From Glaucostegus cemiculus (Eukaryota): a stretch of 64,000 nucleotides of DNA. The notes beneath the pieces are model-generated. The model was not told the origin of the DNA. It was given only the letters and a program-made list of their open reading frames with translations, and did not search any database. Position numbers and translations under genes: made by a program. The number at the start of each line of letters is the position of its first letter. Within the stretch, counting starts at the first letter, position 1. The stretch lies in assembly GCA_976551045.1 (NCBI GenBank), contig CDPCPM010000402.1, forward strand, positions 1,116,001 through 1,180,000. The letters run 5' to 3'. Below are positions 35,869-49,329 of the stretch, piece after piece.

Positions 35869-36034
35869 AACAGAAAATTGTGGAAGTACTCAGTAGGTCA
35901 GGCCTCATCCATGGGAAGAGAAACAGTCAGCATTTCAGTTCTTCTAATGAAGGGTCTTCGACCTGAAACGTTACTTCTGCTTCTCTTTCCACAGATGCAG
36001 CCTGAACTGCTGAGTAGTTCCAGCATTTTCTGTT
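35869..36034. mobile_element. Palindromic Penelope-terminal-derived element with the best-preserved hammerhead-like core
   Basis: About 70-bp imperfect inverted arms 35869-35938 and 35963-36034; core CTAATGA-AGGGTC-TTC-GACCT-GAAACGTT at 35944-35972. Confidence 0.7.
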
Positions 36035-36729
36035 CTATATGCTATACTGTATATTAAGAGTGTAAACCCTTCAGCTCTTTTGAAAATTCATTACACTACA
36101 AGCATTACAAATGTTATTTCATAACTCTGTGCTGTTGCCTGGATGAGGTTTGGCTTGTGATGTCAAAAGATTCCAGGCACATATGAGAAGCTCGCAACAA
36201 GATAGTTTTGAAATGAATTGTGTTTAATGACAGACGTTTACTTAAACTCAAATAAGTACTGGAAGTATTACACCAATATTTATGTATGTACATTCCTCAA
36301 AATATAGACTTCCAACTTCATGTTAAATCAAATGAGTGCTCAGCTCAGCTGATATGGCCACGGCAGCTCAGAAAACCATGGGTAGAAGCCCATTAGATAT
36401 TTAAGCATTTGAAGATGATTCACTCAATGTAAACTGATGGACAATAAATACCAGCCTTACCAGCAATACCCACATCTCAAGAATTCATTATAAAATCCAA
36501 AGCAAGTGGTAACTGTCAAAGTTGCAGTTGAGTGAAATGTTACGTCTACCTATCACAGGTATTTAAAAATGTCATGGCACGAAGAGCTGAGAGCACCGTG
36601 TCTCAGCCAGTATTCCTTCCCTAACAAACTAATGTAGAGCAAATGGTAATTTGTTATTTGTGGTAGGCATTTACTAATACTAAAGACAAAACAAATTTGA
36701 TCCACAATCGGTTGTTAATAGGAGGCAAT

Positions 36730-37400
36730 ATAGAACATAGAAAAACTATAGCACAATTCAGGCCCTTCAGCCCACAAAGCTGTGCCGAATATGTCCCTAC
36801 CCTAGAAATTACTAGGCTCACCCATAGCCCTCTATTTTACTCAGTTATGGTCATGATGGAGAGGTGTACATGTAATTGGAAATGTGTAACCAGTGATGCA
36901 CCACAGGAATCAGTGCTGATACCTTTGTTGTTTGTTATACGCATTAATAATTTAGATAAGAGTGTAGAAAGTATGATTAGCAAGTTGCAGGTAACAGAAA
37001 AAAATCGGTGTCATTGATAATGAGGAAGATAGTCATAGACTGCAAGATGACATTGATCAGTTAAGATGGGCAAAGTAATGGCAGATGGAATTTAATCCTG
37101 ATCAATAGGAAGGGACGTACTTGGAGAGGACTTACAAGGGCAGGACATACACCATGAATGGTAGGGAGAATACAGAGAGACAAAGGGACCTTTGTGTACA
37201 AATCCAAGGATCCCTGAAGGTGGTAGCCCCAGTAGGCAAGGGAAGCTTGCTTTTATTTTCTGCGGCTTAGAAGAGGGAGGTTATGATACAACTTTATAAA
37301 ACACTGGTTAAGCTACAGCTGGAGTACTGTGTATAGTTGTGGTTGCCACACTGTGAGAGGAACATGATTGCCTTGGACAGGGTGAAGGGAAGATTCCATG
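36730..37400 (+). mobile_element. CR1 RT fragment (+), preceded by a short minus-strand CR1 tail at about 36730-36840
   Basis: VTSDAPQESVLIPLLFVI..NNLD; WQMEFNP; YKTLV..QLEYCV motifs. Confidence 0.75.
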
Positions 37401-37493
37401 CTAGAAGGAATAAGCTTCAACAGTAAACATTTCCCCATACAACTACATGGTTAGGGGCTCTGTGGACTTGTCCACATCCCATGCTCCTTTTAC

Positions 37494-37551
37494 CTCCTGG
37501 GCATCCCTTGCTGCCTTTGCATCATCTTCGTTGTAACGATTGCAGTTATAC
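37494..37551 (-). CDS. ARIH1: ARIH1 coding exon (exon 11 equivalent, 58 nt)
   Basis: (W)YNCNRYNEDDAKAARDAQE; tttttag/GTAAAA. Confidence 0.96.
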
Positions 37552-37988
37552 CTAAAAACAGAGAGGGGCCAATTTAATTCATTTGCTTATCAACAAAAAT
37601 AAGTATAGTAGACACACAAAATGTAAACAAAATTCTAATAATACTTGCTTTCTACATCAGTTAAGATCTTGCCCCCATCAATCACCATGTTGGGATTGAA
37701 ATGTCATAGTTTTCCCCCATCAGCTTTACTGAACAGTAAACGAATATAATTCTCCTCCTGCAGATTGTGTACTTAGTCAAACTCTAACTAGTTCAGTTGT
37801 CCATCAGAGGCACACCACTTCGACGAAAACAGGTTTGGCATCAAGTTTTGCTCAAGTTCTGAAAACCAAGCATCCTGTTTGACTTAAACTTGGGGCAGAG
37901 ATACAGCAGCAGCAGTCAATCTAGCATCCCAACAATTACAATGTTGGTTAATCCTTAAAACCTTGCAAGAGCAAAGCAAGATACTAAC

Positions 37989-38119
37989 CAGGCAGATCCA
38001 TGTGGCTCCCAAGGACCAAGGCAGACCCAACAGAATTCTGCTTTACAGTTCTGATTGCGACAAACCATGTGATTACATCCGCCGTCCTTTTCAATGGTCA
38101 CATGACATTTTGGGCATTC
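37989..38119 (-). CDS. ARIH1: ARIH1 coding exon (exon 10 equivalent, 131 nt, RING2 with catalytic Cys in GGCNH)
   Basis: [43 protein letters not shown](W). Confidence 0.98.
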
Positions 38120-39319
38120 CTGTTGACATGTTAGAAGCACTGTTAGCAAACAGTAAAAATTAAACTACAGGTAAGCAGTAGAAGCCCACACTTGAGTTCT
38201 AATATTGAATAGCACTATACTAATCAACTACCTACCAAGCCCAATGAATTAGCAAGCCATATCGAGAAATCAGTCCTAGGGTTAAGGACAGTGAACAGCC
38301 ATTAGACGCACTTTAGATATTTTCCTGGTAATATTTTACTTTTAAGAGCTTTTTGTATCCCATGTTGCATTCACAAACAAACTTGGTGAGAAGGGAATGA
38401 TATGCATATTTAAAATCACTAACGCATTATTACTTGGTGTGTTTTGGAATAGACTGCAGTTGCGTTGTTTCCATCACAAGTATGAGTGAGGAGACGAGTG
38501 TTACAACATATTACATGAAACACCGACAGCTTAAAAGCTTGTATGGAGGACACAGCACCAATAGTCACACTGATGGTGTAGCATGGACAAGGAACTACAG
38601 CTTAATCAAATGCTTTTTGAGAATGCAGTGGGCATGGCATTCACCAGTGGGTCTCAGTTCCTGAATGAAAGCCCCATTTAGTCACACAGTAGAATACATG
38701 CCATGTAAACAACAGATCATATTACAGGCCATTCATTTTAAAGAGGTAGGACTGTCCGTGGAATTCCAAGGGACTGTTAGCATCACTATGGCTGGAACAG
38801 CTTGTGTGTCGAGTATATATTTATTTTTAAAAATCTTTTGTTAACTTTTTAACTAAGAGGACCTCTGGTTAGTTGGTATTAACAACCTGCCCTTCACTCC
38901 CAAAGCCCCATGGCGGCTATACACCCCAGATTGGGAATCACTAGTACATGGAGGAAACCCTTAGATACCACAATGGGGGCCATTTAAGGGGTAGGGAATT
39001 AAGGGAAGGATTACAAATTGTATCAAAAACCAGCCTGAAGGGTGCTCAAACACCAAAAGACTGCAGATTTTGTAAATCTGAAATAAAAGTAGAAAATTGA
39101 TGGAATTACTTAACAGGTTGGGCAGCATCCATGGAGAGGGAAATGTTTTAGGTTGATGACTTACATTATTATTTTAAAAAATCAAACATGTTGTAAGTTA
39201 GAGCAGTGGAGGAGTGAAATGAATAAACAATGTCTATGGAGACCAAGAGACTGAACAACATGTGTGGTGCCAGGGATAAGAGTGAGATCCAAAACAAATA
39301 CTTCTCATTAGTACTCACA

Positions 39320-40070
39320 TAGATTAGCTGAATGGTTGAGTGGAGTGGTGGCAGATGGAATTTAATCCGGACGAGTATGAGGGGAAGTCAAGTTCTGGTA
39401 GGACATGTAGAGTAAATGGCAGGGACCTTAAGAGAGTTGATGTATAGAGGCACCTTGGGGGTGCAGGCCTATGGTTCACAGGTGGATACTTGGCCTTCAT
39501 AGGCCAATGCATTAATTTGGAATGACATGTTGCAGATATGCAAAATATTGCTTAGAACGCATTTAGGTGCAATTCTGGTTGCTACACTATGGGAGGGATG
39601 TGGTAGCAATAGAGAGTGTAAAAGAGGCATTGGCTGGAATGGAGGGCTGTAGTTACAAGCAGAGATTGGCTAGGCTGGATGTTTTTCTCACTGGGTCAAA
39701 GAAGGCTGAGGAGTGACCATATTGGAGGCTTATAAAATTATGAGAGGTACAAATAGAATAGATAGTTACAATCATTTTCCCAGGACAGGCGAGTGTAGAA
39801 TTAGAGGGCTTAGGTTTAAGGTGAAAGGGGAAAAATTTAAGGGAGATCTGAGGGGTCTATATTTTAGATAGTGAATATGTGGAACAAACTGCCAGAGGCA
39901 GCGGTGGTAGGAGGTACGATTACAAGCTTAAAAGGCATTTGGACAGGTACATACAGAGGGATATGCACATAATGAGGGCAAATTGGATTAGTGTAGATAG
40001 GCATCGCATCAATATGGTTGAGGTAGGCAGTAAAGTTCTGTTTCTGTGCTGTATGTTTCTATGATTCTAT
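39320..40070 (+). mobile_element. CR1 LINE 3' fragment
   Basis: WQMEFNP motif, LKRHLDRY and (ATTCTATG) tail. Confidence 0.8.
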
Positions 40071-40849
40071 GGTGGTGCTGCTGGCTGAGAGAGGGTGATG
40101 AAAACTTATAATCATACTGATCTGTCTGGAAGAGCTGTGCATAGGAGAACAATGAAAACAGAAGAAAAAAATTGCAGGAACTTAAGAGATAAAACGTTCC
40201 AGATACTGGAAATCCAAATTAAAATACAGAACGCTGGAAAAACTCAGAACTGTGGAGAGAGAAAAAGTTAATGTTACAGATTGATGACCCTTCAGAAGTG
40301 GCTAGTTTTGATAGAAACTGGAAAGGCTGATATCTGAGCGTGTTAGATTCAGTGACCTCCCCAGTGCTGTAATGCGCCACAGTAGTGATAACCTCCAGGA
40401 GTCCGTCTTCACTTCTGTTCACTTTGTACATCAATAATTTTGATACAAGCCAAGAGCATGTAGTATCCAAAGTTAAAGACCTTTTGAAGCTAAATATTTC
40501 AGGAAACCTAGAGCAGCATTTAAGGGTATTTCAACATTTCAAAAAATGAGGGAAAAAGTTCTGTTTCGAAACAATGCCCTGGATTTCGCTCCTCTTGACC
40601 TGCAGCTTCCACAGAAAACCGTTGGCTGACACGGTTATGCATGTCAGCGGGAAGTCAGGAATGTGCTGAAGGTCAGGTCCTGGCATGTCTGATGTCCCAT
40701 TCAGCCATTGACCTCATTACTGAGCCCAGGGGCAGAGCTCAGTTGCACTGCCAATAATTTGCTGTACAGCTCAGTGTACTTAGTTCAACTCCATTTGTTT
40801 AAATGGGGTTACCAACCTGGAATGAAAAGGTAGGAAAGTGTATTCTCTT

Positions 40850-41610
40850 TAGTTTAGTTGATGAGATGTATCCAAGGTGCTGAGAGACAAGGGAGAAGAA
40901 TGCTGGGCCTTGACAAAAATATTTAAATCTTGGCTGGCCACAGGGGAGATGCCAGATGACTGAAGGACAGCGAACGTGGTGCTTTTATTCAAGAGCAGCA
41001 GGGACCAGCCAGGTAATTACAGGCCTGTGAGTCTTATATCGCTGGAAGGGAAGTTACTGGCAAAAAAATCTGATGGAAAGAATTAATTTGCACTTCAGTC
41101 CATTGGACCCAAGACAAGTTGGCAAACGTAGGTTTAGTACAAGGAGGTAGAGGCTGACTGTAGAAGGTTGTTTTTTTGACTGGAAGCCTGTGATCAGTGG
41201 TGTACCACAGGGACTGGTGCTGCACACCTTACTGTTTGTTATACACATTAACAATTTGGATATGAATAATAGGATATATGATCAGGAAGCTTGTGGGTGA
41301 CCCAAAAATTATGGTGTAATTGATATTGAGGATAGTCTTAGGCCCCTAGGAGATATTAATCATTTGGTAAGATGGGCACTGCAAATGCAAGTGGAATTTA
41401 TTCCCATGTAGCTTGGGTGGTGGGTGGTTGGAGCTGGTGAGGCAGACACTTGTGCTATTTCACCAGCAATTCAAATGTTCGTCTGGAGAAGGCATAGAAG
41501 GCTACAGGCCTAGCGCTGATAGATGGAATTGGAATAAATGGGTGTTTGATGTCCAGATTGACCATGGTGAGCTAGTGGGCCTTCTTCTCTGTTGTATGTT
41601 TGAATATAAA
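40850..41610 (+). mobile_element. CR1 RT fragment, internally deleted
   Basis: ANVVLLFK..PGNYRPVSL; SGVPQGLVL motifs. Confidence 0.75.
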
Positions 41611-43334
41611 TGAATTAAAAATGTTAATACTAAAATATTTTTCAATACATATAATTTAAAAACTGAATTTGACTTACTAAATCTACTTTTTAAATATCAC
41701 TGATTGAAAAGAGCTGAAAGGCCATCAGGATGGTCCAAGGCTGGACCTTAGAATATGCCTCCTGAACACCAAGTCCCACGCAGAAACCTCCACCTCACAA
41801 GAGTTACACAGTGGAGCTCGAGCTTGACTAGACCTACGGAACTGCAAAGGTTTAGTTATGGGCAACTGCACAGGGAGTGAACATTAGGACAGGCTGTCAA
41901 GCACAATCTGGCCAAAAGCAGTAGTAATTACATGAGTAGAATGAGGAGGGACTCAAGGATGTGGAAGAGGTGGGACTTGGAGATTAAAAGCAACACCACG
42001 ATTGGAATGACCGTATAGATATCTGGATCTTTTGTTTGTTGCAAGAGCTATTGAAATTGAAATCTCACCTCTGAATATCCTTCTTAAGGCAAGTTGTTTG
42101 ATGTTTGAAACTCTCAAACACATCATCCACTGAATTTTCTCAAAATAATTAAAATATTCCTTGTTTGTACATTGGTGTGGCTATTGGTACAGATAATGCT
42201 CTCCACATAAAGGGATGCTTAAGATGGTAATTTGAAACTTTAGAAAGGTGACATTTGAAATACTGACTGCAATTTCTTAATTTACTAACAGTGGATAAAT
42301 AGTGAGTTATAGAATAAGAATGGGGCAGATTCACTAGGGCGCTGCCTTGTGTGAAGAAATACAAAAACCTTGTAAAGGTTAGAACAGTACACATTTGAAC
42401 AGTGAAAATTTGGGTTACTGGAGAAGATATTCATCATTATGAAATGATAAGAGACAGAAAAACAGAATGGTTTACAACAATTTGATGATTCAGGGCTATA
42501 AACAAATGGGACTTTAAATATAAAAACTGTGAGGCTATGGAAAGACCGATCAGGATTAATCTTTGAAGTAATGTCCACGAGAGTATTTAAGGACAAGTTA
42601 AACTGACATTGGCATGAAGGAGTCTGAGTATAGGGTGTCACTTAGATTATCATTGCTCCTGGGGGGGATAAACACCTCCATTGTCCTATTGGGTTTAATG
42701 GTCTGCTCCTGTGTCATAATTTCTACGGAATACTACGTAATTTGGGTTTAAGTGATCACTAGCGTCCCACATCTGTTACACGGTGAGATTTCTCACAATG
42801 ACTACAGCGAGTAAAACATGCCCGTTTTTATTGCAACTTATGTGAAATCATCTTTGACTGTGACATTGAGAATTACTTACCACTAACTTTACAAAGGTAG
42901 TTTATTGTTGCTATTACGGCATGTTTAAGTAAAGAAATCTGGAGAGCAGCATATATAGAGCCCACTCATCTCTCATATCGTTAAACTTTTCCCTCCAGTC
43001 ATGAGAATGTGGGCACTGAATTCCAAGAGCATCCAGTTCCACTCTCTTGCTCTCAACCCACACCAGCATACCAACTGGTACTAATGGTCTAGTTGAACAC
43101 AGATTGTTTTACATATTATTCTCTTTCTACAACAGTTAATCCAGAGCTTCTTCTAAAATATGCAGTTTCTGACAATTCTGTTGAGATGAATGAAACAGCA
43201 AAACCAGTTAGAGGGCTAGTCTGTAATCCTTCAGAGACTGATCTAAGAATATTCTCTGCATCAGTCATCCTACCGTACAAGGGGCAACCCAAAGTACTAC
43301 TTCCACTGATGGTCTCTGGAGGTCATTGGTCTAC

Positions 43335-43406
43335 CTTGGTATTTGCTGCAATCCAGTTGGAGGTTTCACTGTCATCATCACACTTTTTAATCCATTTCTT
43401 CAACCA
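43335..43406 (-). CDS. ARIH1: ARIH1 coding exon (exon 9 equivalent, 72 nt)
   Basis: WLKKWIKKCDDDSETSNWIAANTK; ttgtag/GTAGAC. Confidence 0.97.
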
Positions 43407-44546
43407 CTACAAGGAAGACAGCAGAACACATTATTAGCACATTGAGTAAAAACATGGCCTGGAGTGTGCTCATCTACATATGTTCCAAGAACAAAAGTAA
43501 ACTTTGAAAATGGTTGAGCAATTGTGGAGATCAGTGCTTTCCAAAATACTGACAATTTTAAACTGTTTGCAAAGCACATTGTGCTCAAGATATTTTTTAA
43601 TAAAAAGAGAACTTGTACACATCAATCCTAGTTTTCCCTGTACCATCTCATCCAAGAAAGCAATTTGCTATTTGTGCTTTGATGGTATTTTTGTATTATC
43701 CATTGCTGCACAGCGCACTGTAAAACTCTCCAGGTAACCTCCACACTATTATACTACTACTGGAAAAATAAGGGTGTCCCAACAGATTACCCAATCACAT
43801 TTCAGTTCGTTTTAGTTCATTGCTTTCTCTTACCATCCCTACCCTACAATGCTGCAGCTGACTCTTTTGAAAGAAGTTTAAAAACACTTTACTTAAAAGA
43901 ACCCAGTTTTCTGACAAAAAATGGTCATCTAACTGAAATGCTAACCCTGTTCCTCTTTCCACGGGTGCTGCCTAACCTGCTGCACATCTCAAGCATTTCA
44001 GGTTTCCATATCCAATGTATAAATCTCAGTTTGGGTCTCACATCACAAAGGCCTTACTTCTAAACTGCATCTTTTGGAATAATATACCAAAGAGCTAATG
44101 TAATCACGGTGAGGATCGTCCCTTCAGAAAGTAAATTTTGTAGCCAGCAAGCAAGGGCAGCAAGCTCTGGCTCACTGACTTTTTTCCCTAAACCAATTCT
44201 GGACAATTCATTACTATCACCATCGCAATCTAAGAATATATTGAGTTAGTACGGAGGGATGAAAAGATTATGTTCCCCAATAAATTTCCTCTTCAAATCA
44301 ACCACTCCTCACCACTGCCAAAGCCACTGTCACACTGCTCAATCCTTTAAGAATCAGTAACATCTAGCTGCATTCTAAAAATCAACTTCAATGGCTTCCT
44401 GGGTTCACTATTCTCTTTTCTGCATATACTTCACCTACTGCAATTTTAAAACAAATTGAGCTTACACAGGAACACTGTCACATTACTAATGTGAAAATAG
44501 TACCGTGAATTTATTGATGGAGTACATGCAGGAGACAGTCTCTCAC

Positions 44547-44589
44547 CTTGCATTTAACAGGATCATGCCAATTCTCAGCACAGTTGAAG
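44547..44589 (-). CDS. ARIH1: ARIH1 coding exon (exon 8 equivalent, 43 nt, IBR)
   Basis: (C)FNCAENWHDPVKCK; tacag/GTGAGA. Confidence 0.96.
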
Positions 44590-44707
44590 CTGTAAATTAA
44601 GAAACAAGCTTACTTTGTGACACTCAGACTACATTTCAGATACTTAAAGCAGTCCAATAACCAAAAGGGATACTTGGATAGAAATTTGTTGTGCCGTGCA
44701 CACTTAC

Positions 44708-44814
44708 CAGAACTGCCGCCCACATTTACAACGAACTGGCTTTGCGTCAGGATACTGAACTTTAATGACGTGGTGACAGTCAGGGGCAGGGCACCATTTT
44801 AACAGTCGATTACA
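44708..44814 (-). CDS. ARIH1: ARIH1 coding exon (exon 7 equivalent, 107 nt, IBR)
   Basis: [35 protein letters not shown](C); cacag/GTAAGT. Confidence 0.97.
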
Positions 44815-45123
44815 CTGTGATGGAAAAGCACAACTGTTGGCGTTTCAGTCAGTTTTAAAAAAGAAAACTGCAACAATGGAAAGGTTTAGGTACCAGACAC
44901 AGTAAGAAATTAATTTATGACCACTGAACATTAGTCATATTTTACTGCACACTTAAACTTTGTTCAGTGCTGTAAGGCTTCACCTATCATCAGCATGCAC
45001 AGGAATCTAAAACACGGTCTAAACATATTTAAAAATATTTTGAATTACTACAACACAATCCCAGTATTAAAGTTTATTAATTTCTACTTGCTGCACATAT
45101 GATCTAAAGAGAGAACGTCTTAC

Positions 45124-45190
45124 CTCTACAAAACTGTTAGTTATTAAATGCTGGTACTTCAACTTGACTTTGGAATCTGTGATCAAACGC
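45124..45190 (-). CDS. ARIH1: ARIH1 coding exon (exon 6 equivalent, 67 nt)
   Basis: (M)[22 protein letters not shown]; tccag/GTAAGA. Confidence 0.97.
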
Positions 45191-47589
45191 CTGGAATAAA
45201 TAAATGAAAACACATTTCCTTTAGACTAACAACATACAGGAAATAAAAGGAGTCTTTCCACAAAAAAAGTGACCCATCCACCCCCTGTAATGGTGCTGAT
45301 TTCCCAATTCAGTACCAAGGATGGTGGTGGGTTAAGCAAGAGATGAGCTTTTAAGAACTTGTGAATCTACAAAATTCTTGACTGCTGTGCAGTTATTAAA
45401 ACATGCAACTAAACTGTTGCCAAGGTGTGATACTTACCATTCAATTCAAGCCTTTTCTAGACAGATGTTATACTGGACTCCTGGATTGTTTTATCACCAT
45501 CCATCAATGCCCTGATGAATACTAGCTTCCCCAAATATTAAATTTTACATAAGAGAGAAGACAACTGTCCCGTTATTGCTGGTTTGATTATGGTGGTCCA
45601 TGGTAGATTAGAAGGTAAAGAATGAAGACTCCAGGTATTTGGAGTTTGTGCGAGATATAGGGCTTGTCAATATGGAAACTGGCGAAGCACAAGTAAGTGC
45701 CTCATCTTAAACTGTGTTTACCTGAAAAGTTTGGGTTTGCCACCTCTAAAATATGCTCAGTTCTCCAAAAAGACATATGATTTTGAAGACTTTCACTTGA
45801 ACCGAAACACAGCACTACAACATGTGAATGAGCATGGTATTGTCAGCAGGAACTCTCTAATGCAGTGAAATGAAATGATTTTTAGACTCGCTACAAACCA
45901 AGTTCTGTGACATTGTAAATCAGCAGAACTAAACTCCTGCCAACTCTCAGTTTGTGAAGCTGGAGCAAGGAGAATTGTATACATCAAGTCAATTCAGCCA
46001 GCAGATAATTCTGAATAACACTTGTACAACTAACAAGGGGCAGGCAAGTTAAGGTGATCAAGAATAGTGTGGGAAGTGGCAGGCATGAATGAGAAACAAA
46101 GCATGCACTTAACAGTCGGTCTAACTTACAACTAAATTAAACACTCTCAGCATTGTTTGGATCAAAGCCTCTATTGAATAACCAACAAAATATGGTTTAT
46201 GCACATCTCTCTAATGTCAGCAAAATTTCACTCCCTGTAGCTTAACAGAGATTGCATAAAAATGCCTTTAAGTTCATCCCAATCTTTGCATCCCCACCCA
46301 CCACACAATAATTTAAAACCACAATTTCATCAATGAAACATCATTCCTAGTAGTCAGCAGGAGACAGCCTGACACTCCTGTATTAAACCCTAGGTTGAAT
46401 GCACAGAATCCATTCCCCATTACAGGGTCCACAAACTTTTCACGACCCACACAACTAGAAAAACAGCTCAAGGTAAGCGACTAATATAGTACTTGGACAA
46501 ATGATGAACCACCCCAAAAACCTAACCTCTCGGTTAGTCAGTCACATTTACAAAGGTGTTCTAGTCAATACATGAAATAAAACCATTTACTGTTTACAAA
46601 CTCTCTGCCAGGAAAGGGTAAGCACACAATCGCCTGTGCTCTCTGGACCAGCAACATTTATATACCAGCTTACCACACCATTCAAACTCCTGAAAGTATT
46701 CTACATGTTATGAGTTGCGAGCAGCCAAATGTGCACTGTAGCAGGATCCCACAAAATGATGACCACCACTCCTGCTCTCATCTTTCCCTTTTGTGACAAG
46801 CAAATCAAATTGTTGAAAACTTTTTCTTTGAATAAGGAAATTTACAACAAGTATCAACTGAGCCAGTTTCCTTCTACTTCAGACTAGTCTACACTGCCAA
46901 CTTAGACCATGCTCAGCCAGGAATGGGGGGGGGGGGGGGGGCACTGAGGGAGGGCAAATCCACACTTTCACACCTCTGTACGTGCAACTATATTACATCG
47001 CAGTAGCTGGCGGTTTAGGTTGAGGCAAGTCTAAAAAAAGCCACCGAGATGGAATTTAAAATTCATACAAAGTGAAAACTTAGAGAGGTGACATGCACAA
47101 GTTGTCATATACTATTTATTACCTCCTCCACCCTGACATTCCAGTGGAGGAACAACGCTGAGGGCTACCGCACTGTCGAGGGGCAGCCCTGATGCCACTG
47201 TAGGAGTCGTCCCAGGGTTGCTACACCACTGCAAGAGCCTTCTTTTAAGATGACTTGTCAAATAGTGATTCCCATCTGCTTTAACCAGGTGAATGCAATG
47301 CAACCCAACCCATAGCACCGCTGTGACCACCAGCAAGGAATAATCCCTTGAGATATGGCCAGTATTTATCAATTAACAAACATCCATTATTATACCACCG
47401 GTTTGTGGAACTTTACTGTGTGCTAATGAGCCGCTAAATTTTTTACATTAGAACCATGACTATAATTCTTTGGCTGTAGAGCAGTTTGAAATAGCCCAAG
47501 AACAGCTCTGTGGAAACACAGATAACACAGAATTTTTTTTAATCACAAAATTAGTAGGTTTTTCCTTCTTGATCTCTCCATCCTCAGGA

Positions 47590-48420
47590 GATAAACAATC
47601 CACTGATATCTAGTAAAAACTATGGACTCCCACAACTAGAACTCCTACCACCCTGTATAAAGATTCCAACAGTTTCTCCATCACTACTGCATCTGATGAG
47701 GCTTTCCTCTCTAGGACTTCTAGAATGTTCTTCAGGAAACATAGTTTACCCTCTGCTGTAGTTGATGGAGCCCTCAAGCATTCCCTCCATGTCTGCTCTA
47801 ACCCACACTTTTCTCCCCGCCATCCCCAAGACAGAGCAGAGATAGTTCCCCTGGTCCTCCCCTTCACCCCACCAGCACATCATCCTTCATCATATCCGCC
47901 AGCTCCAACAAGATCCCACCAGAAGCTGCAATTTCCTACATTGCCCCCCACCCCCATTTTCCATTTTCCAAAAGGACCCCTCTTTCCATGACTCCCTTGT
48001 CCGTTCATCACTTCCCACCTAACCTTACCTGGCCCCTGGTACTTTCCCCTGTAACCATAGGATGTGCAACACTTGTCACTTCACCTCCTCCCTCACCACC
48101 ATCCAGGGACCTGAACAACCCTTCCAGGTGAAGTAGATAGTCACCTGCACCTTCCCTAACCTGGTCTACTGCATTTGGTGCTTGCGATGTGGCCTCCTCT
48201 ACATTGGTGAGACCAAGAGTTGATTAGGCAACCGGTCTGCAGAGCACCTACGGTCTGACCTCAACAGTCATTTTGAGCTTCCTGTTTCATGTCATTTCAT
48301 CTCCCCTTCCCATTCCAACACTAACCTGTCGGCCCTCATCCTTCTCCACTGCCCTGGAGAGGCCAAATGTGTAGAAGAACAGCATTTCATATTCTGCTTG
48401 GGCAGCCTTCCAATTTCAGG
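47590..48420 (+). mobile_element. Penelope-like element fragment (RT thumb, Zn-knuckle linker, GIY-YIG endonuclease), disabled
   Basis: FFRKHSLPSAVVDGAL; CNHRMCNTC; LVYCIWCLRCGLLYIGETK..GNRSAEHLRS GIY-YIG motif with stops. Confidence 0.85.
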
Positions 48421-48836
48421 TCCCCCACTCCCAGTGTTCCTCTCCCACTCCCACCTGTCCACTCAGGACCTCCTTCCCCAGTCAGAGATCAAGTTTCAAG
48501 AACTGCCAATTATTCCCACTGCTTTCCACAAATATGATAAAGGCCTGAGTTTCATTCCTTCATTAAATATACACAGCCACTATATTTCAGTATTCAGAGA
48601 TTATCACATCTTCTGCTACAACCAGCTGCATCTCACTCATACATATACACCATGGACAAATGGCACAACATACACCATGGACAAATAGACAGCACCTGGA
48701 ACTGTGGAGTTTAGTGCTTTGCCCAATTCAAATTACAATTGGCATTTTATTACAATCCCAGTCTTTACAGTTTTTGCCTTATCCTAAACTGCTTGCTCAT
48801 AAGGAAACAACTTCCATCTATTAAAATAATACTTAC

Positions 48837-48892
48837 ATAACTGTGTTGTCATCAACTAGGATATCACAGCCATGAGCTGGGCAGGATATAGT
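48837..48892 (-). CDS. ARIH1: ARIH1 coding exon (exon 5 equivalent, 56 nt, RING1 end)
   Basis: TISCPAHGCDILVDDNTV(M); ttgcag/GTAAGT. Confidence 0.97.
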
Positions 48893-48994
48893 CTGCAAAG
48901 AAGTGCAAAACAAATAAGTTCACCAATGGAGCCACATTTAAATATACAGTTTCTGAACAGCAGCAACAGAACACAGAGCAGCGTGGATACATAC

Positions 48995-49087
48995 CTGCCC
49001 CATACCTTCCTCTATGATCTTTGTAGTTAAGTATTCATTCCAGCACTGCATACAGAATTTATGCCCACACTCCAAGCCTGTGAAATA
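48995..49087 (-). CDS. ARIH1: ARIH1 coding exon (exon 4 equivalent, 93 nt, RING1); first ARIH1 exon found in the window
   Basis: [31 protein letters not shown]; ttttgcag/GTATGT. Confidence 0.97.
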
Positions 49088-49329
49088 CTGCAAAAGGCGG
49101 GAAACACAAAGAGTGCCAGTGTCATGATAAGACACAATTAGCATCTGGGAACATAAATATTTAGTCACAAGCAGTCCTTTCCTGAAATACAGCAAAAGTC
49201 TAACACAGGAGTCCAGCATTCTACACAAAGCACATGCAATGTGCAAACCTCAAAACACAGGCTTCCAAGTCCAATTCTAGTTATGTCTCATTTTTGTTAG
49301 AATCCATTACAAATGTAATGGAAAAGAAA

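Noticed and set aside
35944-35972. Active hammerhead ribozyme as an ncRNA gene
   Set aside because: Core reads CUAAUGA instead of CUGAUGA, altering an essential residue; reported only as a decayed motif.
48640-48690. 17-bp direct repeat ATACACCATGGACAAAT
   Set aside because: Simple local duplication with no sign of function.
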